From Camelus dromedarius (lineage: Eukaryota): 64,000 bases of DNA. Where the stretch lies: the NCBI RefSeq assembly GCF_036321535.1, contig NC_087437.1:20090001-20154000 (forward strand), written 5' to 3'. Of the stretch, positions 1 to 13,569 are shown in pieces. How positions within the stretch are numbered: position 1 is the first letter of the stretch; the number at the start of each line of letters is the position of its first letter. The notes beneath the pieces were generated by a model. The model saw only the letters and a program-made list of their open reading frames with translations, made no database searches and was not told where the DNA came from. The position numbers and the translations under genes were made by a program.

Positions 1-1039
1 TCTCAGGCTGTGAATGACCTAAATCTTCCATGAGACTGAGGAACAGAGAACCTAGACTCTGTCGAGCATTTCCCATACACGGTATCATTTCATCATCCCA
101 GCTTTTCTTCATTTTCAGAAGAAAATCGGCTCTGATTAGCTAAGGAATTTGGGAATTTGCATGTTAATAATACATGGCAGATTCTGGGGAGGAGTCAAGA
201 GCCTGAGAGACAGAATTCTCCAAAAGCTGCCACCCTTTCTGACCATCTGCCAGCTTTATTCAGGCAGAATATGCCATGGTGCTGTCCGTGGTACTGAAGG
301 CCGTGACCGTATGCCAATTTTGAGGGACCAAAGAAATGAAAGCTTAGATCCTTGTTAGAATCTGCAGCTTCCTTTTGCCTCTGCACCTTCAGGCAAAACT
401 CTCTCAGTGACCTGTGCAATTTGGTGTGACATTTCTCCAAAGTGCTCTCTACAACCATATTTGCTTTAGACATCAATTTTAAGAGTGAAAGGTTGACTTT
501 CTGGATGCGAAATATTTTACACATGATATTTTATCCATCATTGCTAAGATTAATACAAAGTGTTTGCCCTGAAGAATAACTACAAATGCAGTCAAACAAG
601 ATTATCTATTGCATAGAAAAAATAATACCTCATTAAAGTGATTGTGTATGTAGCTCTTGGCAAACAGGTCAGTATCATTAAAGCAATACCACAAGGCACA
701 TCACAAAGAGGATGAGTTTATCTTGTCTCATCCCTGAATGAGCCAGGGCTCATTCTTACAGGGGAAACTGAGAATCATTAGAATTGAAACCAGGCATTCT
801 GGTACCCAGTCAAAATCTGATGCTTTACCATGCACTATGGTAACAGATGGTAACAGGGGCAATTTATGAGGTAACTTCATTCGGGAGAGGGGCTGAAAGC
901 CTCTTTGAATTCACATAGAATCTGTGTGCTGCTGATCTCAAATTTTGGGTATAAGTCTTCTGAGTTCTGATAGCTAGACCTCCCTCATGCCTCACCTTAA
1001 ACTTCACAAGATTGAGTCAGGGAAAACTTTGGACAAGTT

Positions 1040-1260
1040 TCTTGGTGTACTTGAGGGAATCTGGGCTTTGGGGTCAGACAGCTCTCTGTTCATTTATTGG
1101 CTCTACTGATAAACAGCTGCATGGTCTTGGGCAGTCCCTCCACCTTTGTTTCACCTCAGATTTCTAATCTATAAAATGGGCATGTCTATAAAACCTACCC
1201 CCTAGTGTTTTTGTGAGGATTAATTGAAATTAGTACCGTGCACTCAACAAATGTTAGTTT
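1040..1260 (+). mobile_element. MIR SINE, diverged
   Basis: MIR core-like cctcagatttctaatctataaaatggg and 3' gcactcaacaaatgttag. Confidence 0.7.
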
Positions 1261-2129
1261 ACTTACCAATCCATAGAATACTGTAGGATCTGAGAATTCA
1301 GTGTAGCATGTTAATTTCTTAGTGTAGTTTTTTAGATAGATTTAGTCACAGGCTTCTTTGTTTAGTGAAATTGTACTTAGAAACATAAAATGTAAAGTGA
1401 TTAAAATCTAAGCTATGGGGGTGGGAGACCTGGAGTCCCAGCACCTCAGGCCAATTGAACTTCAATCTCAGTACTCTGAGGGAGTCCCAGAAGCCCATGG
1501 GAATCACAGGAGGATTGTTTATCAATTTTTCTGGGCACTCATTGTGGCTAATTTTCACTTACACTGGCCTTGCAACTATTTTAACTTCTTCAGAAAGGAA
1601 TTAGGGGTCTTCTCTAGCCCTTAACTAGAAAGTTTCAGGAGATGGACCCTGTTTCCAACCAAACCAGTGCAAACAGATATTTCCTGGCATCCTGAAAAGT
1701 AAATAAATGGCATCTATGTTTTTATCTTGCCCATAGTTCCCAGTATGGGACTGCACATCAGATATTAGGAACATAGACCATACCTTCATACTCTTAAGCC
1801 AAGTCCTGTTCATTCTTTAAAACTCAGGGCAGACTCATCCTCTACTGAGAAGTTTCACTGAGCTTCCCCAACACAGACTCCTTTTTCAGTGACCTTCTCA
1901 TTGGATTGTAAAACATCTGTGATTTGGGGGGAATCATATATGTTGGCTATTTTCCAATGATTTTCACTCTTCTGTTTCTCACAGATTTGCCTAAACTAGG
2001 AACTCTAGGGAGCTCAGCACACGCATGATGGATAGAAGAGAACTAAGACACTTCCTCACAGTACAGCTCTTTATATTGTTTGTAGTTGGGGAGGCTTCCT
2101 TGAAATACAGGATATGAGGAATTCTAATG

Positions 2130-2350
2130 AGAAGTGGTATAGAAGTAGAATGGCTAAGACAGTGGACTCTGGATTTGAACAGTCTAGGTTCAAACTCTAG
2201 CTCTGTCACCAGGTAGCTTTATCTAACCTTGCCCTGCCTCAGTTTCTTCACGAGTAAAATTGAAATAATAGTTTTTTTCCTCACAGGGTTGTTGTAAGCA
2301 TTCAAGACCTCAGAATAGTGCTTGGCATCTAGTAAGTGGTCCATAAACTT
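2130..2350 (+). mobile_element. MIR SINE
   Basis: gactctggatttgaacagtctaggttcaaactctagctctg ... cctcagtttcttc ... gcttggcatctagtaagtg. Confidence 0.75.
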
Positions 2351-2577
2351 CTCATTGACACTTTGCACAGTGCTTTATTATGAAGCAAGTTCATACGGGA
2401 TTGTTAGAAGGGTATGAATTGAGAGTCAGGATCTAAATTCTAGTCTTGAGTCCTCCATCAATTTGATGTGTGATTTTAATCAAGTCACCTGTGTTCTTTG
2501 GGCCTCAGGTTCTCCCAGTTGTATCATCAGTGGGTTGAAATAGATTGTCTACAAGAACTTTTTCTATCATCTATATC

Positions 2578-5500
2578 TTTTATTTATTTGTTTGAGTAAA
2601 GTAGAATTGATTTGCAATATTATATTAGTTTCAGATGTATAACATAGTGATTGAATATTTTTAAAGATTATACTGCATTTAAAGTTATTATAAAAATATT
2701 GGCTATTTCCCCTGTGCTGTAGAGTATACTCTTGTATCTTATTTATTTCATACATAGTAGTTTGTATCTCTTAGATTTCTTAGCCCCCTACTCCTATTTT
2801 CCCATCACCCTTTCTTCTCCCTACTGATAACCACTAAGTAACCACTGGACACTTAAGTTTCTTCCATATCTTGACTATTGTAAATAATCCTGCTATGAAC
2901 AATGGAGTGCATGTATCTTTAAGAGTTAGTGTTTTTGTTTTCTTCAGATACATACCCAGGAGTGGAATTGCTTGATCATACTGTAGTTCTACTTTTATTT
3001 TTCTGAGGAACCTCCATGCTGTTTTCCATAATGGCTGCACCAGTTTCCATTCCTGTCAATAGTGTACTAGGGTTCCATTTCTCTATAGCCTTGCCAACAT
3101 TTGTTGTTTGTGGTCTTTTTGATGATAGCCATTCTGACAGGTGTGGATGATATCCCACTGTGGTTTTGATTTTCATTTCTCTGATTATTAGCAGTGTTGA
3201 GCATCTGTTCATGTGCCTATCGATCACCTGTATGTCCTCTTTAGAAGAGTGTCTGTTTGGGTTTTCAGCCCATTTTTCAATTGGGTTGTTTGTTTTTATT
3301 ATATTGACTTATATGAGCTATTTATATATTTTGGATTAATTGGACACATCATTTGCAAATATTTTCTCCCATTAAGTAGGTTGTCTTTTTGTTTTGTCAA
3401 TGGTTTTCTTTGCTGTGTAGAAGCTTTTAAGTTTAATTAGGTCCCATTTGTTTATTTTTGCTTTTGTTTCTTTTGCCTGAGGAGACTAATTTTAAAAATA
3501 ATGCTACAACTTATGTGAAAGAGTGTTCTGCCTATGTTTTCTTCTAAGAGTTTTATGTTTTCCAGTCTTACATTTAGGTCTTTAATCCATTTTTACTTTT
3601 TTTTTTTTGATACAGTGTGAGAAACATTCTAATTTAATCCTTTTACATGTAGCTGTCCAATTTTCCCAGCACCACTTATTTAAAAGGCTATCTTTTCCCC
3701 ATGTCTATCTTTGCCTCTTTTGTCATAGATTAATTGACCATATGTCTATGAATTGTTTCTAGGCTCTCTATACCATTCCATTGATCTATGTGCTTGTTTT
3801 TGTATCAGCACTATACTGGTTGGATGGCTGTAAATTTGAGGTGTAGTGTGAATTCAGGGAGCATGATAACTCCAGCTTTCTTCTTTTTTCTCAAGATTGC
3901 TTTAGCTATTCAAGTCTTTTGTGTTCCTATATACATTGTAGGATTATTTGTCTTAGTACTGTGAAATATGTCATGGATATCTTGATAGAGATTACATTAA
4001 ATATGTAGATTGCTTCGGGTAGTATGGACATTTTAACAATATTAATTCTTCTAATCCATGAACAGCAGTTATCTTGAAATATCTTTGTTTCATTGCTCTT
4101 TTCTATTGTTTTTGGTCTCTATTTTATTTATTTCCTCTCTGATCTTCATTATTTCCTTCATTTTGCTGACTTTGTGCTTTTTTTTTTTCCTTTCTTTTTT
4201 TCTAATTCTGTTAGGTGATGGATTAGGTGTTTATTTGAAATTTTTCTTATTTCTTGAAGTAGACCTGTATCACTATAACTTCCCTCTTAGAACAGTTTTT
4301 GCTTTGTCTCATAGATTTTGGCAAGTTGTGTTTTTATTTTAATTTGTCTCAAGGTATTTTCTGATTTCTCCATTGATACTTTTTTTTTTAGTAGCATGTT
4401 GTTTAGTCTCCATGTGTTTGTGTTTTTCCATTTTTTATTCCTGTAATTGATTTCTACTTCCTTACTGTTGTGGTCAGGAGAAAAAAAAAATGCTTGATAT
4501 AGTTTCTATTCTCTTAACTAAGTTGAGACTTACTTTGTGTCCTAGCATGTGAACTATCCAGGAGAATATTCCACGTGCACTTGAAACAAATGTGTATTCT
4601 GCTGCTCCTGGGTGGGATGTCCTGTAGATATCTATTAAGTCCACCTGGTCTAATATATCATTTAAGGCTACTGTTTCCTTATTGATTTTCTGTCTGCATC
4701 ATTTGCCCACTGATGTAAGTGGAGTGTTGAAAGTCCCCTACTATTATTGTATTATTGTCAATTTCCCCTTTTATGTCTGTTAATATTTGTTTTATATACA
4801 ATAGGTGTCTATGTATTAATGAGTGTTATATCCTCTTCTTTTATTGATCCCTATATTGTTATATAATGCCCTTCTTTGTCTTTTATTATAGACTTTGTTT
4901 TAAAGTCTACTTTATCTGGTATGAGTATTGCTTCTCCAGCTTTCTTTTTGCTTCCATTTGTATGAAATTTTTTTTTCTATTCTCTCACTTTCAGTCTATG
5001 TGTGTCTTTAGATCTGAAATGAGTCCTTTGTAGGCAGCATATACATTGGTCTTGGTTTTCTGGGGGTTTTAATCCAATCAGCCACCCTGTGTCTTTTGGT
5101 TGGAGCATTTAGTCCATTGACATTTAAAGTCATTATGGGTAGGTATGTACTTAGTGCCACTTTGTTAATTGTTTTCTGGTTGTTTTTGTAGTTCTTCTCT
5201 GTTCTTTTCTTCTTTTTTTTTTTTTTTTTCAGTTTTTTTTTTCCCCCTAGTGGTTTGATGATTTCCTTTAGTGGTATACTTGTGTTCCTTTCTCTCTAGT
5301 TTGTGTAGCTATTGTGGGTTTTTGATTTGTAGTTACCATGGGGTTCACATCTGGTGATTTGTAACTATATCTACTTGTTTTAAACTGATTGTCATTTAAG
5401 TTCAAACACATTCTAAATGATATATGTAAGATATACATTTATTACTCCCTTCCTCCACATTTTGTGTTTTTCATGTCAGATTTTACATCTTTTTGTCTGT

Positions 5501-7658
5501 CCCTTAGCTGATTATTGTAGTTATAGTTGATTTTACAATTTTTGTCTTTTAATCTTTGTATTTGCCTATTTAAGGTTGACCCACAGCCTTTCCCATATGT
5601 TTGCCTTTATTAGTAGAATTTTTCCATTCTTATAAATTCTTACTTCTTGTTGTAGCCTCTTCTTTTCCACTGAGAGAAGACTGTTTAACATTTCTTTTAA
5701 TGTCGTTTAACATTAATGAATTCTTTTGGTTTTTGCTTGTCTGAGATGTTCTTTATGTCTCCTTCAATTCTGAATGCTAACTTTTCATTGTTGTAAGCTT
5801 TTCCCTTTCAAATCTTTAAATATATATTCCACTCCCTTCTAGCTTATAAAGTTTCTTCAGAAGAATCAGCTGATAGCCTTATGGGGGTCCTTTGTATGTG
5901 ACTCTGTTTTTCTCTTACCACCTTTAAAATTCTCTCTATAATTTTCCCATTTTAATTATATTCCAGGTGTGAGTCTCTTTGGGTTCATCTTGTGTAGGAC
6001 TCCCTGTGCTTCTTGAACCTGGAAATCTATTTTCTTCATCAGGTTCAGGAAGTTTTCAGCCATAATTTCATCAAATACATTTCTACCCCTTTCTCTCTCT
6101 TCTTCCGGGACCTTTACAGTGCAAATGTTAGTATGCTTGATATTGTCCCAGAGGCCCCTTAAACTAGCCTTATTTTTAAATTTGCTTTTCTTTCTGCTGT
6201 TCTGAGTGGGTGATTTCCATTATTTTATCTCCTGGATTGCTTATGCATTCTCCTGTGTCACCTAGTCTGTTGTTAATTCCTTCTAGTATGTTTTCGTTTC
6301 AGTTATTGTATTCTTCTGTTATAACTGATTTTTTTTTTTTACATTTTCTGGCTCCTTGTCAAAATTTTTGCTGTGTTCATCTATTCTTTTACCAAGTTCA
6401 GTTAGCATTCTTATTACTAATGCTTTGAATTCTTTATGTGGTAAATTATTTACTCTGTTCCATTAGTTGTTTTTTTCAGGTTTTTTTTTTCTTGTTCTTT
6501 CATTTGAAACAAATTGCTCTGTCTTCTCATTTTGTTTGATTTTCTCTGCCTCTATGAAGTTGCGTGAAACAGTTACTTGTCCTGATCTCAAAGATGCATC
6601 CTTGTGTGGGATTATCACAGTGCAGTCTTTGTGTGCCCATTAGCTTTGTTGGGTGAGCTGGATCTGAAATGAGCATAGATCACATATTTCCTCCGAGTGT
6701 GCTGGCGGCTACCACCTTGGTGGGAGGTAGGGCTGGAGATGGAGGGGCTAGAGCCAGCATGAGGTGTGAGCTGGGGCTTCTCCTATGCTTAATGGCTGTC
6801 GCCAACCTATTGGAGGCAAGGGTAGCATCCAAGGTGCTGAAGCCATGAGGGTCAGGTCTAAGCCAGTGCCATTCCCTCTAATTGTGCAATCTCCCTCCAC
6901 CCCCAACAATGGCACCTTCACCCTACTGGAGGATGCAGGTCGAGGTTTTGGCTGGGACAGTCCCAGAAAGCCAGTAAGAGCCCCAGTTTGTTTACAATTT
7001 ACTGCTTCTAAGCACTCACCAGCAACAGCCAGCCTCACCCCATTCAGATGCAGGGCCAAGTCCAAGCTGATTTCGTCTCCCCAAGCGTGCACTCTCTTTG
7101 GCAATGACAGCCTTTGCCCTAGTGTAGAGCTTCACCAAAGCAAGAGGGGCTGGAGTAGGTACCCCATGCAGGCTGGGGTGCATACTGGGGCAGTCTCAGG
7201 AAACTGTCCAGAACCCCAGGCCATTTTCAGTCTGCTTCCTCCACCTTAAGCCAGTGTGTGTGCACACTCTTCCTGAGCAGTCTTGGTTTCTTACAGCCCT
7301 CCAGTAAGGCCCACTGGTTTTTCAACCAACTAAGAGGACTCATCTTCCCAGTGTTAGATCCCAGGGCTGGGGTGCCCACTATATGGTTCAAACCCTTCAC
7401 TCCCCAAGGAAGATCTCCAAGACTGTTATATCCCCTTCCTTCTCTGTATCCCCTATTAGGGATCAGGGTCCTGATCTGATCATTTATCCTCTCTTACTAC
7501 CCAACTTTGTGTAGATCATTCTATACAGTCTTAGTTGTAGATAAGACTTTCTGACTTATTTTTAGCAAGAATCGCTCCACACATAAATGTATTTTGATAT
7601 ATTCATGAGGGGAGGTGAGCTCCACATCCCCCCACTCCGCCATCTTTATCTCCTCTCC
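2578..7658 (-). mobile_element. Near-full-length L1, dead, internally deleted (3'UTR, ORF2 C-terminus, EN, ORF1, 5'UTR remnants)
   Basis: ORF track shows L1 ORF2 C-terminal peptides ([46 protein letters not shown]). L1 3'UTR at 2580-2830, EN-region sequence ~4090-5170, ORF1-like ~5770-6440, GC-richer 5'UTR ending ctccgccatctt at 7635-7646. Many stops and frameshifts. Confidence 0.92.
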
Positions 7659-7668
7659 TATATCTATC

Positions 7669-8410
7669 TTTTTAAAAATGTTTAACTATGATAAACTATA
7701 CATAACATAATATTTACTATCTGAACCATTTTTAAGTGCACAGTTCAGTAATATTAAGGACATTCACACTGTTGTGCAACCATCACACCATCCATCTCTA
7801 AAACTCTTTTCATCTTGCAAAGCTGAAACTCTGTACCCATTAAACAATTTAGCTCCTCATTCCCTCCTTCTCCCAGCCCTGGGCAACCACTATTCTACTT
7901 TCTGACTCTAGGATTTTCAGTACTCTAGATAATGTAATATTTGTCCTTTTGTGACTGGCTTATTTGACTTAGCATAACATTCCTAAGTTTCCTCCACACT
8001 GTAGCACATGTTAGAATTTCCTTCTTGTTTAAGTCTGAATAATATTCCAATGCATGTGTCTACCAAATTTTGTTTATCCATTCATCCACTGATGAACATT
8101 TGGGTTACTTCCACCTTTTGGCTACTGTGAATAGTGCTATGAACATGAATGTACAAATATCTCTTTGAGTCCTTGCTTTCAATTATTTTGGGTACATACC
8201 CAGAAGTGGAGTTGCTGTATCATATGGTAATTCTATTTTTAATTTCTTGAGGACCCACAAGACTGTTTTTATGAGAAGCTGCACCATTTTACATTCCTAC
8301 CAACAGTGCAGAAGGGTTCCAATTTCTCTACATTCTCATAGCACTTCTTATATTCTAGGTTCTGGGGGGTTTGTAATAGTGACCATCCTAGTGGGTGTGA
8401 GGTATCTTTT
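7669..8410 (-). mobile_element. Older L1 3' end (L1MB-like)
   Basis: catttttaagtgcacagttcag...cattcacactgttgtgcaaccatcac 3'UTR, followed by ORF2 C-terminal sequence (tacccagaagtggagttgctg). Confidence 0.85.
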
Positions 8411-9202
8411 ATATCTTTTGACTTTATGACTTTCTGCTTGACATGGCAGAAATGGCTGGTCCAGGGATCTCATGGCCAGCCAGCCCCCTGCTTCATACTT
8501 CCTTTCCATGTCTGTGTTCTATGCTAAGTACTCGGTATTCACAGAACAATCTTCAATCCTTTCCTAAAAGGATTGTGATTTGGGCTTATAAATACATGTG
8601 ATACCCCTTGAATTAGAAAAGAAATTCAGCCCAACCTCATAAAAAATCGGCCTCTTCCTTTGATTTTATAGGAGTAAGCACTTCAGGTCATATTTATGGG
8701 GTTAAGATTCAAGCTCTGATCGATGTCTTCTCATCTGCTTCCTGTATTCATGGCATGGCCCCAGAAAAGCAGGCATTGGGGAATCTATGGCCTGGTGCCA
8801 CTAAAATATAAATGTTCCTTCATTTCTAATGGATGCTGAAGAATGAAGCTTATATCATTACACCTGCCATAAAATATTAAATGTAAGTAATTTAATGTTA
8901 CCCAAGGGCCAGAGGCAAGCTGGTGCCTTTTTCTTCCCCTCTTCAGGGAGGAATAGTCCTGAGAACCCTGCCTGGCCCCGAGTTCTCGTGAGTACTTGCA
9001 TCTTTATTGTTCATGGCTACAGGCTGCCTTTCTTAGGGTCCCATGATGCTGGATGCTGCAGGAAATGAATGGCAGAGAGCCAGGTCTGCACCTGACATTT
9101 TTGGCTTCTCCTGGGAGAGAGAGGGCAGAGGGGCTGCTCCTCTTCCTCACGTCTTCAAGTAGAGGGAGGATTCCCAGTTTCTGATTTGACCTAAGGATAC
9201 TC

Positions 9203-9746
9203 TGAGGCAGATACTTTTTGTGCCCTATGTCCTGCCCCCTCAGTCTATCTGGTTTCAGTGCAGTCACAATAGATGATTCAGTGCATGCTGTCAGAATCTG
9301 CACATCCACTGCGGCCCTCACCTCACACTCAGGCACTCCCCAGAAGTGTGGGAAAGGTCATGTTCCCAGTAATAACCACCCACAATGGGAGGTGGAGGGT
9401 GGAGGGGTCAGTAAACCTCCCAGTGGCTTGTACTTTAGAAGGACAATCTCGACGTGCATCCTGCATGATTTGTCATATGGGGCATGGGAGAGAGACTGCC
9501 TTGGCTAACATGTTAGGTTGGCAGATAAAAGTAGTCAGACATAGGGCAGAGACCAAAGGGTATCCAGATGGATCAAGCCCCGTTTTTGCCCACAGCAATA
9601 ATTAGCCCAATTCTGCACCTTTCCAAGTTTCCTTGTCTTGCTTTCCTTGCCTCCTCACTCTGCCTTTCTGAGACATCTCCCAAGTAAATTCCTTGGCCCA
9701 AGTCCTTGTCTCAGGCTCTGCTTTCAGGGTGCCCCACGTCAAAACA
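9203..9746 (+). mobile_element. ERVL solo LTR (LTR16-like), interrupted by an 80-bp insert
   Basis: 3' end ctcccaagtaaattccttggcccaagtccttgtctcaggctctgctttcagggtgccccacgtcaaaaca and internal ggatcaagcccc..tgcccacagc resemble LTR16 consensus as recalled. Confidence 0.7.
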
Positions 9747-10250
9747 CAAGCTCACAGGATGGGGAAGATTTCTGGAAAAAGAAGGAACTTTGAGGCTTGG
9801 GAACTACAAAAAGACCAAGTAGCTCAAAAAGTCAGGTTCTAGGAAAAGAATTGGCTTCAGTTGTGCTTCTTGTTTTTACCTAGACTGTCAAGGTCAGGCC
9901 ACTGTGTACGGTTGTGTAGGTCGGGCATTGCACAAGGACACCTAAGGCAGAAGTTTGAAATTTGGCCCTTGTCCTGCTCACCGGGCCACACCCTCAAGGG
10001 CTGGGCTGCATCCACCAAAATAAAAGGCTCGTGTTTTTTAACACAAAGATATTGACCATTCATTCTCCAGGCCCTGTGGTTCTGGGTTGGCATCTTCACT
10101 AAGAAGGTACCATTTTCCATTTCACACAGAGGTGTCCTACAGGCCAGCTGTGGTCCTCAGTCACTAGGGACTCTGCCCTATGTCTGACTACTTTTATCTG
10201 CCAACCTAACATGTTAGCCAAGGCAGTCTCTCTCCCATGCCCCATATGAC
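9472..10250. repeat. Perfect 80-bp inverted repeat (arms 9472-9551 and 10171-10250, 619-bp spacer)
   Basis: Base-by-base comparison: arm 1 equals the reverse complement of arm 2 at 80/80 positions. Confidence 0.98.
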
Positions 10251-12764
10251 GTTTTTATTTCTGCATCTTTCCTTGGCTAATGCTGACTTTCCCCCTCACT
10301 CTTCACCTTAAGGTTCCTCCCACGTTCTCCAGTGTTTGTTCTTCAAGCTTTCCCTCATTCTAGGAAGCTTCCAAGATCACTACAGTACTTATTGGGATTC
10401 GTCTATCTGTTCATGTCTTCATATGTTTATTCTTCAAGAATGTATTCCATGTTTTCTAATCATGGGCTTGACCCTGAGTCTGCAGATCTGAAGCGATCCA
10501 ACCCCTATCCTGGGGAGGGACAAATAGGCAGACAGAGATAGAACGGTTAATGGGTGGGTCCAGGGACAGAGGAATGCACAGAGGCTCTGGGAGCACGAGG
10601 GGACCCTCCCACAGCCTAGGGCAGAGTCAGTGACAGATAACCCAAGCTGTCTTAACACTAGGTCAAGGTGGAGGGTGGGAGATGTGGAGGGCATTCCAAG
10701 ACAGAAGGGCAAGTTCAAGGAGGAGGAGACAAGAAATGTCCTCAGCAACAGCTTCACCCTTGCTTATATTTTGCAGATAGAAGAAATTCAATTGATTTTT
10801 CCCCAAAATCTTGGATGGGAAGCCATGAGGAGTCGGAGTTCATTGGGCCGGGATGCACACTGGGCTGTAGTGAGGGGATGAGAAATGTCGTGCTTGTGGA
10901 CTTGGTCTTCTCAGCTTGGAAGGTGGTGAGTCAGGAAGGTCAGAGGCTTGATATGTCTACCAGTCCCCATCCCTTTCACACACTGGGTGTTCTGGTCTGC
11001 ACATCTCCTGGGGGGGATTTCATTGTCTTTTCTGGTGAGAAAGTCTACAGGAAGTGTCTCCTTGCTCTTCTTCCAGAACTAGGCATGAGACAGGAGCAAG
11101 AAAAGAGGCAGGCAGGGGGTTGGCAGTGGGCTGGGTGGAGAGGTTCCATCCCTATTTGTTTGCACAAGATCTTAGCAGTACCTGTAAAATTTCAGGAGGC
11201 TCGGTTAAGCAGAAAGAGCTTGGGGATCTTTCTGTCTTAGTGACATTTAGTGAAAGCCAGGTTCAAGCTCAGGCAAGTTATCAAACTTCTCTGAACCTCA
11301 ATTCTCCTCCTCAAGGAAGTTCATAGTCCTTCCCTCACTGAGCTGTTTAGACAATTAAAGGAGTTAATCCAGGGTGGCTGGTGCAGAGCCTGACCCTGAG
11401 GGTGACCCCATATGGAGTTCATCAGATGTCAGCTGGTTCCTCTCCACCTGCCCGTCCTTTATGGGCCTCTTTCCACTTCTCTCAGCTTCCCTTTCTGTAA
11501 ATACATGAGCTCTATGCCAAGATGTGACAGCAGCATCCAACGCATCCTTCTCTACATGGGTTAATCTACTTCCATGCTGCCACCAGTGAGGACCTCTTGA
11601 ATCAGAGCTCTGAATCTGCACATTCTTTGTCAGTTATTCTACATATGACTTTTGGCAAGTCACATTCCATCCCTGGGCCTCAATGTGTCTATCTGTAAAA
11701 TGGATGAGAAGACCAGATCATTTCCTAGTCCTCCCAGCTCGAACGTTATGTGGTGCTATGATTTCACAGCCGTGCACTGTCCAGGAAATAAAACCCAAAG
11801 GCCTTAGCATCGCCTGTAAGCTCTCCCAACGGCCCCCACCCCCATGGTCTGAGTACAGTTTACTCGTGCCATCCCTGGGTTTCTCTCTCACACTATCCAG
11901 TCCCTTGCCTTCTCACCCAGTGGAATTCTCCACCACCACCTTGAACCCCAATCACACTATGTCTCTCCCCGTCACTCGTTCTGTTTCATTACAGTGACTA
12001 ACAGTATTGAGCAGAGAGGAGACATATAATAATACTTTTCTGCTGAGTTAAATTGAAATTTTATTATGAGTATTACTGAGGGAAAGATAAGGAAAGCCTG
12101 AGCTGATAATCAGAGATATGATTGGTGAGTTCACTAGACCAGATCATCTACACAGTTGTTGAGACAGAAATACTGGCCGCAGAAGTCCTTGCAACTCCAA
12201 AGTCAGTCTGCTGTTGAGGCTGTTATGAGCAGATCAGACAAAAATTACACATGGATTTTATGTCTGGATGTGTCACTTTGATCAAGGATGGGCAGACAGG
12301 AGTTGTGGATAGTGGAACAGAAGAAGGTGGGGGTCAAAGCATCACGTCAGCTTTATCTTGGCTCACCACGTGCCCTTGAGTCTAGAGGCTGAACTTCTTG
12401 GGTCTCGGTTTCTTCATCTGCCAGATGAAGGTGCTCCTCTCCCTGGAGGGTGTCACACCCTGATGGAGACCTTGCATACAAAGGTGCATTGGGAAAAACA
12501 TCCCAGGCTACCCCAAAGGGAACAAGCAGTATCTGAAGTCATTGCTTATCACCCATTCCAGAAAGGCTTTATAGAATGAGCAAAAGCAGTCATCAGCCCC
12601 AGCCTCTGAGAAATGACTCATCCTTGTGGTTGTGACCTGAATAAATGGAGGGAGTGCAGCAGCTCTAAAATATGAATATGCAAAAACAGCGTGGTGGCCT
12701 CATTTGTTTTGTCACCACCCCACTGAAAGTCTCTGCTCTGTGTTACTCATACGTTTACTATTCC

Positions 12765-13050
12765 ACGTTCATTCAGTGAGTGCATGATGGCATTTGCTGA
12801 AGACTTGCTCTGTGCCAGGCCCAGGGCTAGGCTGTGGAGGCAAGAATGGAAGGACAAGGGCCCTGCCTCGAAGCCACATGGGGAGGCCTGCGCTGAAAGC
12901 AAGTGCAGTATATTCTGCTCAGTGACAGAATGAAGGGCCAAGAGAGGCGGTCACTGAATCATCCAGAGGAATCCAGAAAGGTTCCCAGAGGAGGTAGCAT
13001 TTAAGAGGAGTCTTACAGGTTGGGTAAAGCGTTTGCTGAAGGGGAAGAGG
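12765..13050 (-). mobile_element. L2 fragment
   Basis: ttcattcagtgag...tctgtgccaggcccagggctaggc...gccctgcctcg pattern of the L2 3' end. Confidence 0.6.
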
Positions 13051-13569
13051 AACCAGTAGGTGGCAGGGGAGAGGAGCCTTGCTTTTGGGCTGAATGTCAA
13101 CAACAGACAGAAGTTGGAGGGAAAGTGTGGGAATCTGCTGGCAGGCAAGCATAAAACCAAGCCAGCATTCTGGGAAGCTGTCCCTGGAAGTCAACCTTTT
13201 CTTTCCCCCAGAGCCTCAGGAATGTGCCATCATTGTTACCAGACATCGCTGCCTCGTGGGCAGGCGGGGGCAGGGCCTGAGCATCCAGGAGGGCTGGATG
13301 TGTTCAGGAGGGTATAAGTGTCTTTACTGCTCTCAGAACCCCTCCCCCTCCCTCAGAATTGCAGCTCCAGGTCACACCAGAGTCTAAGTTAGACACTAGA
13401 TTCTGGAAAACTACTCTTTCCTCTTCCACAGTGTCATGGTTGGGCCTTTGGAAGCCACAGAGAGTCAGTTGCTGCTTTTTGATATTGGGAATTCTGTTGT
13501 CAGTCAGCCGAGTTATCTGCAGGTTGAATGCTGTTGGATTAGGTCACTATGCCTGAGTTTATGATGGCC

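Noticed and set aside
195..524. 109-aa minus-strand ORF in unique sequence
   Set aside because: No recognisable protein family and no convincing exon structure; length is compatible with chance.
2834..3227. L1 ORF2-like peptides as CDS (also 47641-47983 and 58547-58753)
   Set aside because: Fragments of dead L1 copies with frameshifts and stops.
6748..7479. Overlapping ORFs of 73-154 aa
   Set aside because: They lie in the GC-rich L1 5'UTR and show no coding signature.
9472..10250. 779-bp DNA transposon with 80-bp TIRs, or an inversion
   Set aside because: No TSD outside the arms, and the LTR16-like host continues co-linearly through the left arm into the spacer.
10668..11240. Longest ORF in the track (190 aa)
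   Set aside because: Non-ATG start, no recognisable domain, overlaps repeat-like sequence; expected by chance in GC-richer DNA.
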